Source: an uncultured Candidatus Poseidoniales archaeon (GTDB lineage Archaea > Thermoplasmatota > Poseidoniia > Poseidoniales > Poseidoniaceae). From it: DNA of 64,000 nucleotides. Both the position numbers and the translations under genes were made by a program. The stretch's first letter is position 1. Every line of letters begins with the position of its first letter. Shown here piece by piece: positions 43,006-52,420 of this stretch. The stretch is taken from NCBI GenBank assembly GCA_902605365.1, contig CACLCM010000003.1:13040-77039 (forward strand), read 5' to 3'. The notes beneath the pieces were generated by a model. The model was not told the DNA's origin. It worked only from the letters and a program-made list of their open reading frames with translations, and did no database searches.

Positions 43006-43929
43006 ATGCTCAATGTGGCGATACTAGGGTGTGGTCGCTGGGGGAGAAACCATCTTCGTACTCTGTCTAATTTACGAGATGATGGATTAGTTGGCCGAAT
43101 AACGGTGGTGGACACTTCAGAGTCCGCTAGAGATTCCGCCCACTTAGCAGATTGTGTAAGCGAAGATATGGAGGGTGTTGAAGCCGACCTCGTAATCATC
43201 GCCACCCCTTCTAATCTTCATGCTGACCAAGCAAGGGATTTGATGTCTAGGGGCTATCATGTATTGGTAGAGAAACCACTCGGGTGTTGCGAGGCAGAGG
43301 CAGCGCAAGTTTTGGCTAGTGCCCATGAAAATGGTCGCGTGATGGGCGTAGGGCTGTTATTGAGGTTCCATCCTGCAGTTGCACTTGCAAAAAAGATGCT
43401 AAGGAGTGGAGAGTTGGGGCGATTAGAAACTTTACGTTTCGTTAGAAGAACTACTAGGGAGGGGCCTGAAAACGGCAACGTAATCGAAGCACTAGGAGTT
43501 CATGCAATAGATCTAATGTGCCACATTATGAGCGAATCTGAGCCGAGCGCAGTTCACGCCGAGGGCAATTTCCAAGAGTCTAGAATCGCATTGGAGTTCC
43601 CTCATGGAATCGAGGCGATAATAGATATTGCCTGGGGCTCAAGCGTAGAGAGGAGAAGCGTAACCTTGGTCGGCTCTAATGCAAGTCTAAATTTCGATTT
43701 AGATATTCACGATAAGGCTGTATTGATTTCGGGTGATGAAAAGACAGTAATTCCGTGCCAATCAAGCCATTCTCCTTTAGAAGCCGAACTGCGACACATT
43801 TTGGGAGGCATCGAGGCCCATAAAGCAGGTGAATCTTGGACTACTGTGCCCGACTTTGGAGCCGCATTACGCGGAGTTAGATGGACTGAAAGAGCGGTCC
43901 GCGCTATGCCAATACTAAGGCCACATTGA
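43006..43929 (+). CDS. Gfo/Idh/MocA-family NAD(P)-dependent oxidoreductase
   Basis: VAILGCGRWGRNHL Rossmann N-terminus and VLVEKPL motif. Confidence 0.8.
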   Translation: MLNVAILGCGRWGRNHLRTLSNLRDDGLVGRITVVDTSESARDSAHLADCVSEDMEGVEADLVIIATPSNLHADQARDLMSRGYHVLVEKPLGCCEAEAAQVLASAHENGRVMGVGLLLRFHPAVALAKKMLRSGELGRLETLRFVRRTTREGPENGNVIEALGVHAIDLMCHIMSESEPSAVHAEGNFQESRIALEFPHGIEAIIDIAWGSSVERRSVTLVGSNASLNFDLDIHDKAVLISGDEKTVIPCQSSHSPLEAELRHILGGIEAHKAGESWTTVPDFGAALRGVRWTERAVRAMPILRPH

Positions 43930-43954
43930 AGAATCGGAAACATCTGGACGTATC

Positions 43955-44443
43955 ATGGCGGGCGCAGCAGCTGAAGATTCCGAACCACTCTTCGTTTTGG
44001 AGCCACTTCCTGAATTATCTGATGTTATTAGTTCCGTATCGGGCGCTAACCCACTAATCCTACTTTTCTCAGCGGGAGCAATCCTGTACTGTTTAGTGAA
44101 ATTCAGCGATCCAATGGTTAAGATTTCTACTAGTTCAATTCTAAATCTTGGAGTTAACTTTTATGTTACAGAATCGTTATTTTATTCGATGATTTTTACC
44201 AGCATATACATTCTAGGTTTTTTCCTTGTAATGGCTGCTATGAACTGGGGCGAAATCCAAGCGGCTATAGGTATGGATAAAGCAAGGATTCTATCGATTG
44301 GTAGTTTCATATTGTCCACATGGATTTTAGTTGTATTAGGCAAAGCGATTGGTATGCCCACCGGATCAGGAATAGTAGTCTGTGTATCCACTACTGCATT
44401 TTTGTGGTGGACATATTATTCATTAGAACCTGCTACAAGTTGA
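43955..44443 (+). CDS. Hypothetical small membrane protein
   Basis: 162 aa with 4 hydrophobic helices. Confidence 0.5.
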   Translation: MAGAAAEDSEPLFVLEPLPELSDVISSVSGANPLILLFSAGAILYCLVKFSDPMVKISTSSILNLGVNFYVTESLFYSMIFTSIYILGFFLVMAAMNWGEIQAAIGMDKARILSIGSFILSTWILVVLGKAIGMPTGSGIVVCVSTTAFLWWTYYSLEPATS

Positions 44444-44450
44444 TTGCGAA

Positions 44451-45836
44451 GTGTCAAGGACTATGCACGCACGCATACATGCGATGGCAACCTTCTCTAG
44501 TCACCCTGACCTTCCAGAGATTCTCGAAAGTCTACTCGAGAACGATGTCCACACATTATTTTTGAAGGCCGATTGTCCACCTAGAACTAAGGCTGGTGGG
44601 ATTGGTAATCTTAGACTGGCAGACGTGGAAGGCGCAGATGATGGCGGATGGGACACAATTCGTTTGGAGTCATTGCAGGAAGAAATAATTGGCTTGATAG
44701 ATGAAAATAGAGATCGTTCAGATTGTTTTCTAGAAATTGACCGTAAAGGATGCCAAGTAATTCAGTTAGGAGATTTACGAATTTCTTGTGCATGGCCGCC
44801 CTTTGCAGATGCAAGAGAAATTACAATTGTTAGGCCTGTAGCAAAACTTTCCATAGGTGATTACGATATTGACCCACAGTTAATTTCTCGACTATCAGAC
44901 CACCATAGAGGAGTATTCATCTGCGGCAGGCCAGGTTCTGGTAAGACCACTCTTGCCCAAGCAATCGCCGAATATCTTGACGAAGACGTTGGTGCAATGG
45001 TGAAGACCATGGAAGCGCCGAGGGATTTACAATTGGCCAATAGAATTACTCAGTACGCCCCTCTAGAGGGTGACTTAGAAAAAACAGCCGAGATTATATT
45101 CTTAGTTCGTCCTGACTTTGTAATTTTTGATGAAGTTCGCCGCGCTAGAGATTTCGAGATTTTCGCAGATGTTAGATTAGCAGGAGTAGGATTGCTTGGC
45201 GTAACTCACGCCAATTCGGCTTTGGAAGCGATTCAGCGTCTAATCGGGAAAGTTGAACTTGGATTGGTTAGCCAAGTTCTCGATACAATTCTCCATGTGG
45301 AGGCTGGACAAATCCAGCAGGTTCTAGAGTTGCGAATGACAGTAAAACCTCCTAGTGGAATGCAGGAAGAATTAGCTCGCCCTGTTATCGAAGTCGTAGA
45401 GTTCCCTAGTGGTAAAATTACACATGAAATGTTCGCCTTCGGCTCAGAAATTGCGGTCGTCCCTGTAGATGGAGTGAACTCGAGCAATGGCATTACGCCT
45501 ATCGCAGCATTAGCTAGAGACCAACTGGTCCACAAAATACGTCAATGGGTTGGTGTTCAGTGTGGTGTGAAAATAACCGGTTCTAATTCAGCAGAAATTT
45601 ATGCTCCAAAAGGCATGGTATCTACATTGATAGGTAAAGGCGGAGATAACATCCGCTCTTTACAGGACGAACTGGGCGGAATTAGACTATCAGTCTCTCC
45701 GTTTTCAGAAATGCCAGACGATGTTCAAGTAATGAGTGAAGACCCATACGAAGTCCAGGATAGACGTTCTCGTGAATCTAGGGTATGGGAGCATTCACGC
45801 AAAGGCGGTCGAAAATCGAAAGGAAGGCGTCGTTGA
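44451..45836 (+). CDS. PilT-family ATPase with a C-terminal KH domain (COG1855-like)
   Basis: Walker A GRPGSGKTT, Walker B FVIFDEV, KH GxxG LIGKGGDNIRSL. Basic tail. Confidence 0.7.
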   Translation: MSRTMHARIHAMATFSSHPDLPEILESLLENDVHTLFLKADCPPRTKAGGIGNLRLADVEGADDGGWDTIRLESLQEEIIGLIDENRDRSDCFLEIDRKGCQVIQLGDLRISCAWPPFADAREITIVRPVAKLSIGDYDIDPQLISRLSDHHRGVFICGRPGSGKTTLAQAIAEYLDEDVGAMVKTMEAPRDLQLANRITQYAPLEGDLEKTAEIIFLVRPDFVIFDEVRRARDFEIFADVRLAGVGLLGVTHANSALEAIQRLIGKVELGLVSQVLDTILHVEAGQIQQVLELRMTVKPPSGMQEELARPVIEVVEFPSGKITHEMFAFGSEIAVVPVDGVNSSNGITPIAALARDQLVHKIRQWVGVQCGVKITGSNSAEIYAPKGMVSTLIGKGGDNIRSLQDELGGIRLSVSPFSEMPDDVQVMSEDPYEVQDRRSRESRVWEHSRKGGRKSKGRRR

Positions 45837-45885
45837 AGCAAAACGCTCCGACACCCTCATCAATAATTAATTTCCATGTAGGGCT

Positions 45886-46332
45886 ATGCCCACTTTACTA
45901 TCGCTTGTAATTGGGGCGAGCGCACTCACCGCTGTGGCGGATTGGGCAGGGTGGCATTTCGTTTGGAGATTCGAGGCTGCACCCGGGGTGGAAACTCCAA
46001 GAAAACATAGTCTTACGAGCATATTTTTGTCGTACTATTTGCCTTTCATGCCAACTTTGGCGATCCTATTAGGTCCTGCTAAATTAGGAATTTATAACGA
46101 AGGGTTTACTCAAGTTGCTGCAATATTATTATTCTCTATGATGGGAATTATCACAGGCGGAGTTGCTGCTAGCGCCTGGGGTGTTAGACGCCGCCACTTC
46201 GAAGAAAAGGACTCACGTGAATTAATTGACCAGCACGATAACTTACCTAGTCATGCATTGGAACATCTTGTTTGGACGACAATAATGTTAGCAATATGTT
46301 CCGTATATTGGTTCTACTTACTCATCTTTTGA
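45886..46332 (+). CDS. Hypothetical small membrane protein
   Basis: 148 aa with 4 hydrophobic helices. Confidence 0.5.
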   Translation: MPTLLSLVIGASALTAVADWAGWHFVWRFEAAPGVETPRKHSLTSIFLSYYLPFMPTLAILLGPAKLGIYNEGFTQVAAILLFSMMGIITGGVAASAWGVRRRHFEEKDSRELIDQHDNLPSHALEHLVWTTIMLAICSVYWFYLLIF

Positions 46333-46372
46333 AAAGATGGATTGATGAAGGCGCGCCAACCCCCCTCGTCTA

Positions 46373-47935
46373 ATGGCACAATCACCAGACGGCACTGGAA
46401 CGGCTCCAGTTAGGATTACTAAATCCTCAACTTCGGTCACCAGTGGCTTAGGTGTAACCCAAAAATTGGTCGGAGCAGCAATTGCTTTTGGCAATGTTCT
46501 GAGAGGAACATTTGGTCCAAACGGATTGGACAAAATGCTCTACAAAACAAATGGAGAAGCGGCTGTTACTAACGATGGTGCGAAAATCGTCGCCGAACTT
46601 ATGGTTAAACACCCTGCCGCAAAGGCGTTTGTTAGCCTTGCTGAGAGTCAAGAGAATGCTTGCGGTGATGGCGTAACTGGTTGTATTATTCTAGCAAGTG
46701 AATTGATGAGTGAGGCGGGGCGCTTGTTGGAGAGGGGATTGCATCCTCTAATTTTGGTCAAGGGCTACCAGATGGCTTTGTCCACAACTATTGATGAGAT
46801 AGAGGCTCGTTCCGTTTCGGCCAAAAACCTCCTTACAGATGTGGCCCGGACCGCATTAGTGGGGCGCTCAACTGAAAGCGCTCTTGATCATTTAGCAGAC
46901 TTGATTTCTCAAGCTGTTACAACAATTCCGGATAGCGATTATGAACGTGTTAGGATGGCAAAAGAAGGCAAAGGTACACCATCGACTTCAAGATTAATCA
47001 ACGGCTTAGTACTAGAAAAGCGCCTTGCACTAGAAAGGATGCCTCGTAAACTAGAGGAGTGTCAAATCGCAGTACTTTCATGCCCTCTTGAACTGGAATC
47101 TTCTGTAGTATCATCTGAAATCGAAATCAATACGCCCGAACAGTATGAGGCATTCATCGATGCAGAACAGAAACAAATCGACTCAATTACTGACAAGGCC
47201 ATCAACTCTGGGGCCAAAGCAATATTTTCGGCAGAGGGAATAGACCAACGAATTCTGCATTCTCTCGCAGACGCGGGGGTTTTTGCTCTGGGTGGAATTG
47301 AAAAGCCGATGGCAGAAGATATTGCCAAGGCTTGCGGGGCAATGTTGTGTGACCATTTAGATGACATATCTAGCAGCCTAGGGACAATTGAAAGTCTACT
47401 TCACCAGCGTCTAGAGGGCGCAGAAGGCGTTAGAGAGCGCCTAATTATCGAAGTAGGCCCTAGCGCAGGAATCGTAACAATTCTAGTTGGCGGCACCGAT
47501 GGTGTGGCGGCTGAAGAAACAATTCGTGGCCTGTATGATTCTCTTCGCTCAACCTGTTTGGCTAAGGAAGATGATTCAGTAATTCTTGGAGGAGGTAGCC
47601 TGCACATGGCTGCTTCACTAAAAGTACGTGAAAAAGCAGAGAGTTGTTCGGGGCGGGAAAGATTGTCGATGGAGGCATTTAGCAGAGCTTTGGAGGCAAT
47701 TCCTGCAGCTCTAGCAATCAATACCGGCACCGATAGAATCGATGCTTTACTAGAATTACGCTCAATGCACAGAGCAGGTGTTTCTGATGCGGGAATAAAT
47801 CAGTCTGGAGCTCCAGGTGTAATAGAAGGAGCTTGGCTTCCAACCTACACATTGGAACATTCAATTTCAGCAGCCTGCGAGTCTGCCTGCGGTCTATTAC
47901 GTGTTGACCAGGTAATTTCGGCACGTGGCGATTAA
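46373..47935 (+). CDS. Group II chaperonin (thermosome)-family protein, divergent
   Basis: FGPNGLDKML, VTNDGAKIV, HPAAK, GDGVTG, GGGS equatorial-domain motifs in the canonical order. Confidence 0.8.
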   Translation: MAQSPDGTGTAPVRITKSSTSVTSGLGVTQKLVGAAIAFGNVLRGTFGPNGLDKMLYKTNGEAAVTNDGAKIVAELMVKHPAAKAFVSLAESQENACGDGVTGCIILASELMSEAGRLLERGLHPLILVKGYQMALSTTIDEIEARSVSAKNLLTDVARTALVGRSTESALDHLADLISQAVTTIPDSDYERVRMAKEGKGTPSTSRLINGLVLEKRLALERMPRKLEECQIAVLSCPLELESSVVSSEIEINTPEQYEAFIDAEQKQIDSITDKAINSGAKAIFSAEGIDQRILHSLADAGVFALGGIEKPMAEDIAKACGAMLCDHLDDISSSLGTIESLLHQRLEGAEGVRERLIIEVGPSAGIVTILVGGTDGVAAEETIRGLYDSLRSTCLAKEDDSVILGGGSLHMAASLKVREKAESCSGRERLSMEAFSRALEAIPAALAINTGTDRIDALLELRSMHRAGVSDAGINQSGAPGVIEGAWLPTYTLEHSISAACESACGLLRVDQVISARGD

Positions 47936-47986
47936 GCGGCACGTTCATGAGACTAACTCCTATCACTTCCTTAACGGGTACTTCAA

Positions 47987-49609
47987 ATGGAGCCGACAGC
48001 CCGTCCTCGTGCATTGCTTTCTGTTTATGATAAAACAGGAATTATTGAATTCGCTAAAGGTCTTAGTGACCTAGGGTATGAATTGGTTTCAACCGGAGGA
48101 ACAGCTCGTAAATTGCGTGAAGCTGGATTAGATGTGATCGGCGTATCAGATGTTACAGGTCACCCTGAAATCTTCGATGGAAGAGTCAAATCTCTTCATC
48201 CAGCAATACATGGTCCATTACTATGCAGACTGGAAAAAGAAGATGATGCAAAAGGCCTGGATGAGTTAGGATATCCTATGATAGAAGTTGTTGCATGCAA
48301 CCTTTACCCGTTTAGTGATGCTGCAGCAACCAAGCCTCCCTTAGACGATTTAACTCTTCTAGAGATGGTTGATATCGGGGGCCCAACGATGGTTAGAGCA
48401 TCTGCAAAGAACCATAGAAATGTAATAATCACTTGTAATCCAGAAGATTATTCTTCGGTAATTTCTGATTTGAAATCAGGCGCCGTAACCCTAGAAAGAA
48501 GAAGAGAGTTGGCTCTCAAGGCGTACGAGCACACCGCCTCTTACGACACTGCAATTGCTAACGAATTGGCAAATAGATGGGTCGGCGCTCCGGAAGATAG
48601 TGACGATACAGAAGAGCAAACCAGACGTCTTCCAAACACAATGACTGCTGCCGCTTTCAGAATGCACACTTTACGATATGGAGAAAATTCACACCAAGCG
48701 GCTGCGATATACACAGACCCAGGGGCAGCAGCAGGCGAGACCCTTGTCACCGCACTGGTAGAGGGCGGTAAGGCAATGAGTTACAACAACTATTCTGATG
48801 CCGATGCAACCCTTAGGTTATGTCGTGCTCTATCTACAGACGAATGGCCAGCAACCCCCCATGCTTGTGTAATTGTAAAGCATAACAATCCATGTGGCGC
48901 AGCCCTTGGCAGAACTCAATTAGAGGCCTATGAGGCCGCACTTGCAAGCGATCCTGAGAGTGCTTTTGGTTCAATTATTTGTGTCAATGAACCCGTAACA
49001 ATGGACTTCGCAACCGCACTCGCTCCATTGTTTCTAGAAGTGTTAATGGCGCCTGGGTATGAAGAAGGAACCAAAGAGATTTTGATGGCTAAGAAAAATA
49101 GAAGGATTTTGACGATTACTTCACCTAATGATAGACTTTCACCACTAGGTCGAAAAACAGTCCGTAAGCCGATTGAGGGTGGTTGGTTGGTTCAGACCGA
49201 AGAGCCACCCGTTATCGATTGGGATAAGGCAAAAGTGGTAACTGAAGTTGCCCCGACTGAAGACCAAATTGCCTCTATGAAGTTTGCAGTAAGGGTCTGT
49301 GAACAGGTAAAATCTAACGCCATAATAATGGTTCAGGGGTTAGCAACAGTTGGCATTGGTCCGGGACAAACAAGCAGAGTCGAAGCAGTAAAAATTGCAG
49401 CACGTCGTGCCGGAGAGCGAGGCATAGGGTGCGTTTTAGCTAGTGACGCATTCTTCCCATTCAAAGATGGAATAGAGCAAGCGGCCGAAGCAGGGGCGTC
49501 CTCTATTGTGCAACCGGGAGGCTCTATTAGAGACCAAGAAGTAATCGATGAAGCAAATGCCCGAGGGATGTCTATGTTGTTTACAAGTCATCGATTGTTC
49601 CGCCATTGA
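47987..49609 (+). CDS. purH: Bifunctional AICAR transformylase / IMP cyclohydrolase
   Basis: ALLSVYDKTGIIEFAK..STGGTARKL..GRVKSLHPAIHG N-terminal MGS-like domain. 540 aa. Confidence 0.9.
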   Translation: MEPTARPRALLSVYDKTGIIEFAKGLSDLGYELVSTGGTARKLREAGLDVIGVSDVTGHPEIFDGRVKSLHPAIHGPLLCRLEKEDDAKGLDELGYPMIEVVACNLYPFSDAAATKPPLDDLTLLEMVDIGGPTMVRASAKNHRNVIITCNPEDYSSVISDLKSGAVTLERRRELALKAYEHTASYDTAIANELANRWVGAPEDSDDTEEQTRRLPNTMTAAAFRMHTLRYGENSHQAAAIYTDPGAAAGETLVTALVEGGKAMSYNNYSDADATLRLCRALSTDEWPATPHACVIVKHNNPCGAALGRTQLEAYEAALASDPESAFGSIICVNEPVTMDFATALAPLFLEVLMAPGYEEGTKEILMAKKNRRILTITSPNDRLSPLGRKTVRKPIEGGWLVQTEEPPVIDWDKAKVVTEVAPTEDQIASMKFAVRVCEQVKSNAIIMVQGLATVGIGPGQTSRVEAVKIAARRAGERGIGCVLASDAFFPFKDGIEQAAEAGASSIVQPGGSIRDQEVIDEANARGMSMLFTSHRLFRH

Positions 49610-49778
49610 CCAGATGTTAGTTAAGCAAGGCGCCACAGATTCAAACATGAATATTCCAGTTAAGGACTCTACACCGTGATTTAGCATCGTGTCAAAATAA
49701 ACTACCCTAGTGGCTCTAATACGAATCACGACTCTGTTTCGTCCGAAGGCATATTGGCGCAAACTCTCTCGCAATACT

Positions 49779-50417
49779 ATGGCAGAGGATTGGCAACTCC
49801 CTCGGGTCGGCAATTCCGCAGATCCACTGCGCCTTGGAGTTTTAATCTCCGGCTCGGGTTCGGGGATGGAGGCACTACTCCGACATCAACAAAATTCCGA
49901 CTGTCTACATACTACGAATGTCGTTATTAGCGATAGGCCAGATGTTGCTGGCCTAGACAAAGCCGGTGCGATGGGTGTAACAGCAGTTGTTGTTCCACTA
50001 CCCGAAATACAAGATAGAGGAGAGCGAAGATTAGTTCATGAACAAGAGATAAATCAAGTCTTAGCAGATTATGGGGTTGAGGCGATAATCTTGTCTGGGT
50101 ACATGCGAATCCTTACTCCTAGTTTCGTTAAGCCATGGGCAGGTAGACTACTCAATATTCATCCATCATTGTTACCCGATTTTCCTGGAGCCCACGCACA
50201 TAGAGATGCTATTGCTGCAAAGGCGACTAAGTCGGGATGTACTGTCCACTTTGTCGATAGTGGAATGGATTCTGGTCCAATCATAGCGCAAGATGAAGTC
50301 GAGGTATTGCCCTCAGACGATGAGGATTCACTTGCTGAAAAGGTCAAGTCTAAGGAACATTTACTCTATCCTTCAGTTATTGACCGTCTTGCAGCAGGAG
50401 AGATTGAATCTCCTTGA
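49779..50417 (+). CDS. purN: Phosphoribosylglycinamide formyltransferase
   Basis: LGVLISGSGSGMEALL, NIHPSLLPDFPGAH, VHFVDSGMDSGPII. ATG at 49779 preferred. Confidence 0.85.
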   Translation: MAEDWQLPRVGNSADPLRLGVLISGSGSGMEALLRHQQNSDCLHTTNVVISDRPDVAGLDKAGAMGVTAVVVPLPEIQDRGERRLVHEQEINQVLADYGVEAIILSGYMRILTPSFVKPWAGRLLNIHPSLLPDFPGAHAHRDAIAAKATKSGCTVHFVDSGMDSGPIIAQDEVEVLPSDDEDSLAEKVKSKEHLLYPSVIDRLAAGEIESP

Positions 50418-50877
50418 GTTCTTCGGGAGTGTTGGTGTTTCTGGCTTTTATTCCACCTTCGCAAGAGGGGATATTAGCAAAAACATCAGAGATTTTCTTT
50501 GATGATTCAAGAATCGTACCAGATCCAATATTGGCAAGCAAAGGTTGCCTTTGGCCCGCATCGTCGACAGGAACGCCATCTATTGTATTGAAAAAATCAG
50601 CATCGGCCAAGTAAGCGTCGCAGGGTGCTAATTGTATGACACCCTCTATCTTAGAAACGACATCAAGGATAGATTCTGCTAGGTTATCCGCAGAGTCCAA
50701 GACGCATTCGTCTTCGAAAAGATGCACACGTTCTTCACTTCCACACATAATTACAATTCTATTGCAACCGGCCTTTTTCAATTCAGCAGAAAGCCGTTTT
50801 ACATTCGAATTAACTAGGGCTTTATCTTCGCCCATCCGCGTAGATTCTCCCCCTGCAAGGATGATGCCAGTCTTCAT
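50377..50877 (-). CDS. MobA-like nucleotidyltransferase (short)
   Basis: GIILAGGESTRMGEDKAL N-terminal NTP-transferase motif. 166 aa. Confidence 0.6.
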   Translation of the reverse strand: MKTGIILAGGESTRMGEDKALVNSNVKRLSAELKKAGCNRIVIMCGSEERVHLFEDECVLDSADNLAESILDVVSKIEGVIQLAPCDAYLADADFFNTIDGVPVDDAGQRQPLLANIGSGTILESSKKISDVFANIPSCEGGIKARNTNTPEELKEIQSLLLQDGQ

Positions 50878-50887
50878 CTAACACGCC

Positions 50888-51133
50888 TCAGTGCATCGAG
50901 TCAAGGCCGTCCAATGACAATTCGACCTCCCCTAGTAATTCATGAACTCTGGCTAGTAGTGCGCGCCTTTCTTTGGAAGAGCGAGCAAGCGGTAACCATT
51001 CCAACAATCGCCTAATATCTTGGGCATCCCGTTCAACTGTCCAATTCAGGACTTCCTCGAGTACAGGGTCATCTGCTGGTAGGAATCGGTCTGCCATATT
51101 GTGTGCTTGTCGAAGGGGCAACAATAAACTCAC
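50888..51133 (-). CDS. Hypothetical protein (81 aa)
   Basis: ORF only. Its start overlaps the stop of the upstream gene. Confidence 0.4.
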   Translation of the reverse strand: MSLLLPLRQAHNMADRFLPADDPVLEEVLNWTVERDAQDIRRLLEWLPLARSSKERRALLARVHELLGEVELSLDGLDSMH

Positions 51134-51705
51134 GCATCAAGAGAACGCTTTCGAATGCGTTCATACAATTCTCCGCCAGCGGGGGCTGAGCTAATTAATT
51201 CGATAAATTCCTCTCTCATATCTAATGAAGCAATCAATACTGCATTCTGCTTTTGCACCTTACTTTTATTCCACCTAGTGAGATATTCAGCGGATGGGAC
51301 CTCACGCCCAGAGCGTTTGATTTCCTCGGCAATTTCTAGAACCAAATCAATCGGAATGCCCCTATCTATAATGGCTAACATTTTGCCCCAGGCATCACCT
51401 TCAATATTTGCAATTAACAAGCCAATTAATTTGATGTCTTCTCTACCACTTCTTTTCCATAGACGCTTGATTAATTCATCAGACCTTTCTGAGTAATTAG
51501 TAAGCAGCCAAGAAGCAACTCTGCGCATTGTTGGGTCGTCGGTCCCAATGTGGAATGATAGACCGCTCTTCAGAAGTAATTTATCGGTAATAGAACGGTT
51601 GACTAAACTCTGAGCTCCACAGTCATAGGCCCGCTTGATGAATGGAAGGCATTTGCGCCCTTTGGGAAGCCCTTCATCAAGTAATAGATCGAGGTCATCG
51701 ACCAC
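51130..51705 (-). CDS. Hypothetical helical-repeat protein (191 aa)
   Basis: ORF only. Predicted all-alpha by composition. Confidence 0.45.
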   Translation of the reverse strand: MVDDLDLLLDEGLPKGRKCLPFIKRAYDCGAQSLVNRSITDKLLLKSGLSFHIGTDDPTMRRVASWLLTNYSERSDELIKRLWKRSGREDIKLIGLLIANIEGDAWGKMLAIIDRGIPIDLVLEIAEEIKRSGREVPSAEYLTRWNKSKVQKQNAVLIASLDMREEFIELISSAPAGGELYERIRKRSLDA

Positions 51706-51714
51706 AATATCACC

Positions 51715-52188
51715 TCAAGCGCTCTTGGTTCGAACACTATCAAACAAACTTCCTACCAAGGAAACACTATCCTTCAGGGTTCCAAGTAATTTGTCAACAA
51801 CGTTCTCATCTTCTGTTTTCTGACGAATCATGTCTCGCAAATCTGCTTCGATTCTAGCATGGTCATCATCATCGATATTGAATTGGCTTCTAAGGTGAGC
51901 CAATACAGCGAACTCGTCCTTTGAAAGCGATGCGTTAACAATTGCAACTTCGAAAACCAGTTTGTACACCAACTTCTGCTCATTCGGTGTAACCTCTTCT
52001 CCAGGGCCAGTTTCCCGCTTTTCTCTAATCGCTGCATAAACTTCAGCAGGCTCTTCGGGACTAAGACCTAAGGCATTCGCTAACTTGATGATTAGGCGCT
52101 TCTCCTCACGAGTCAAAACCCCGTCCCGAAGCATTACTTCGGTGGTGGTCCTGAACACATTGAGTGCCCCAACATTTTCGCCGCTCAC
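51715..52188 (-). CDS. TerB-like domain protein
   Basis: MLRDGVLTREEKRLIIKLANALGL and SLSKDEFAVLAHLRSQFNIDD resemble the TerB/DjlA N-terminal fold. Confidence 0.5.
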   Translation of the reverse strand: MSGENVGALNVFRTTTEVMLRDGVLTREEKRLIIKLANALGLSPEEPAEVYAAIREKRETGPGEEVTPNEQKLVYKLVFEVAIVNASLSKDEFAVLAHLRSQFNIDDDDHARIEADLRDMIRQKTEDENVVDKLLGTLKDSVSLVGSLFDSVRTKSA

Positions 52189-52420
52189 GACTCAGCGAGA
52201 ACCATCCTACACTTGAACCTCATTGAAAACCGATAAAACAGCAAAATTAGCATTTTTTTAGAGATAGGGTTCAAGAAGGAGATGGAAGTCGCAAGGACTG
52301 TTCAAATCCGATTCACGACCATCATAAGCCTCAATTTTTAGGCAAAATGGTCACCCTGGAAAGGCGCCGAAAGGCTCACTGAAAGGGATAGTGCAAAGGT
52401 AAGAACAAGGAGAGATTCCT

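Noticed and set aside
52290-52330. GTTCAAATCC string suggesting a second tRNA T-arm upstream of dnaG
   Set aside because: The flanking bases do not form a T-stem, acceptor stem or anticodon arm.
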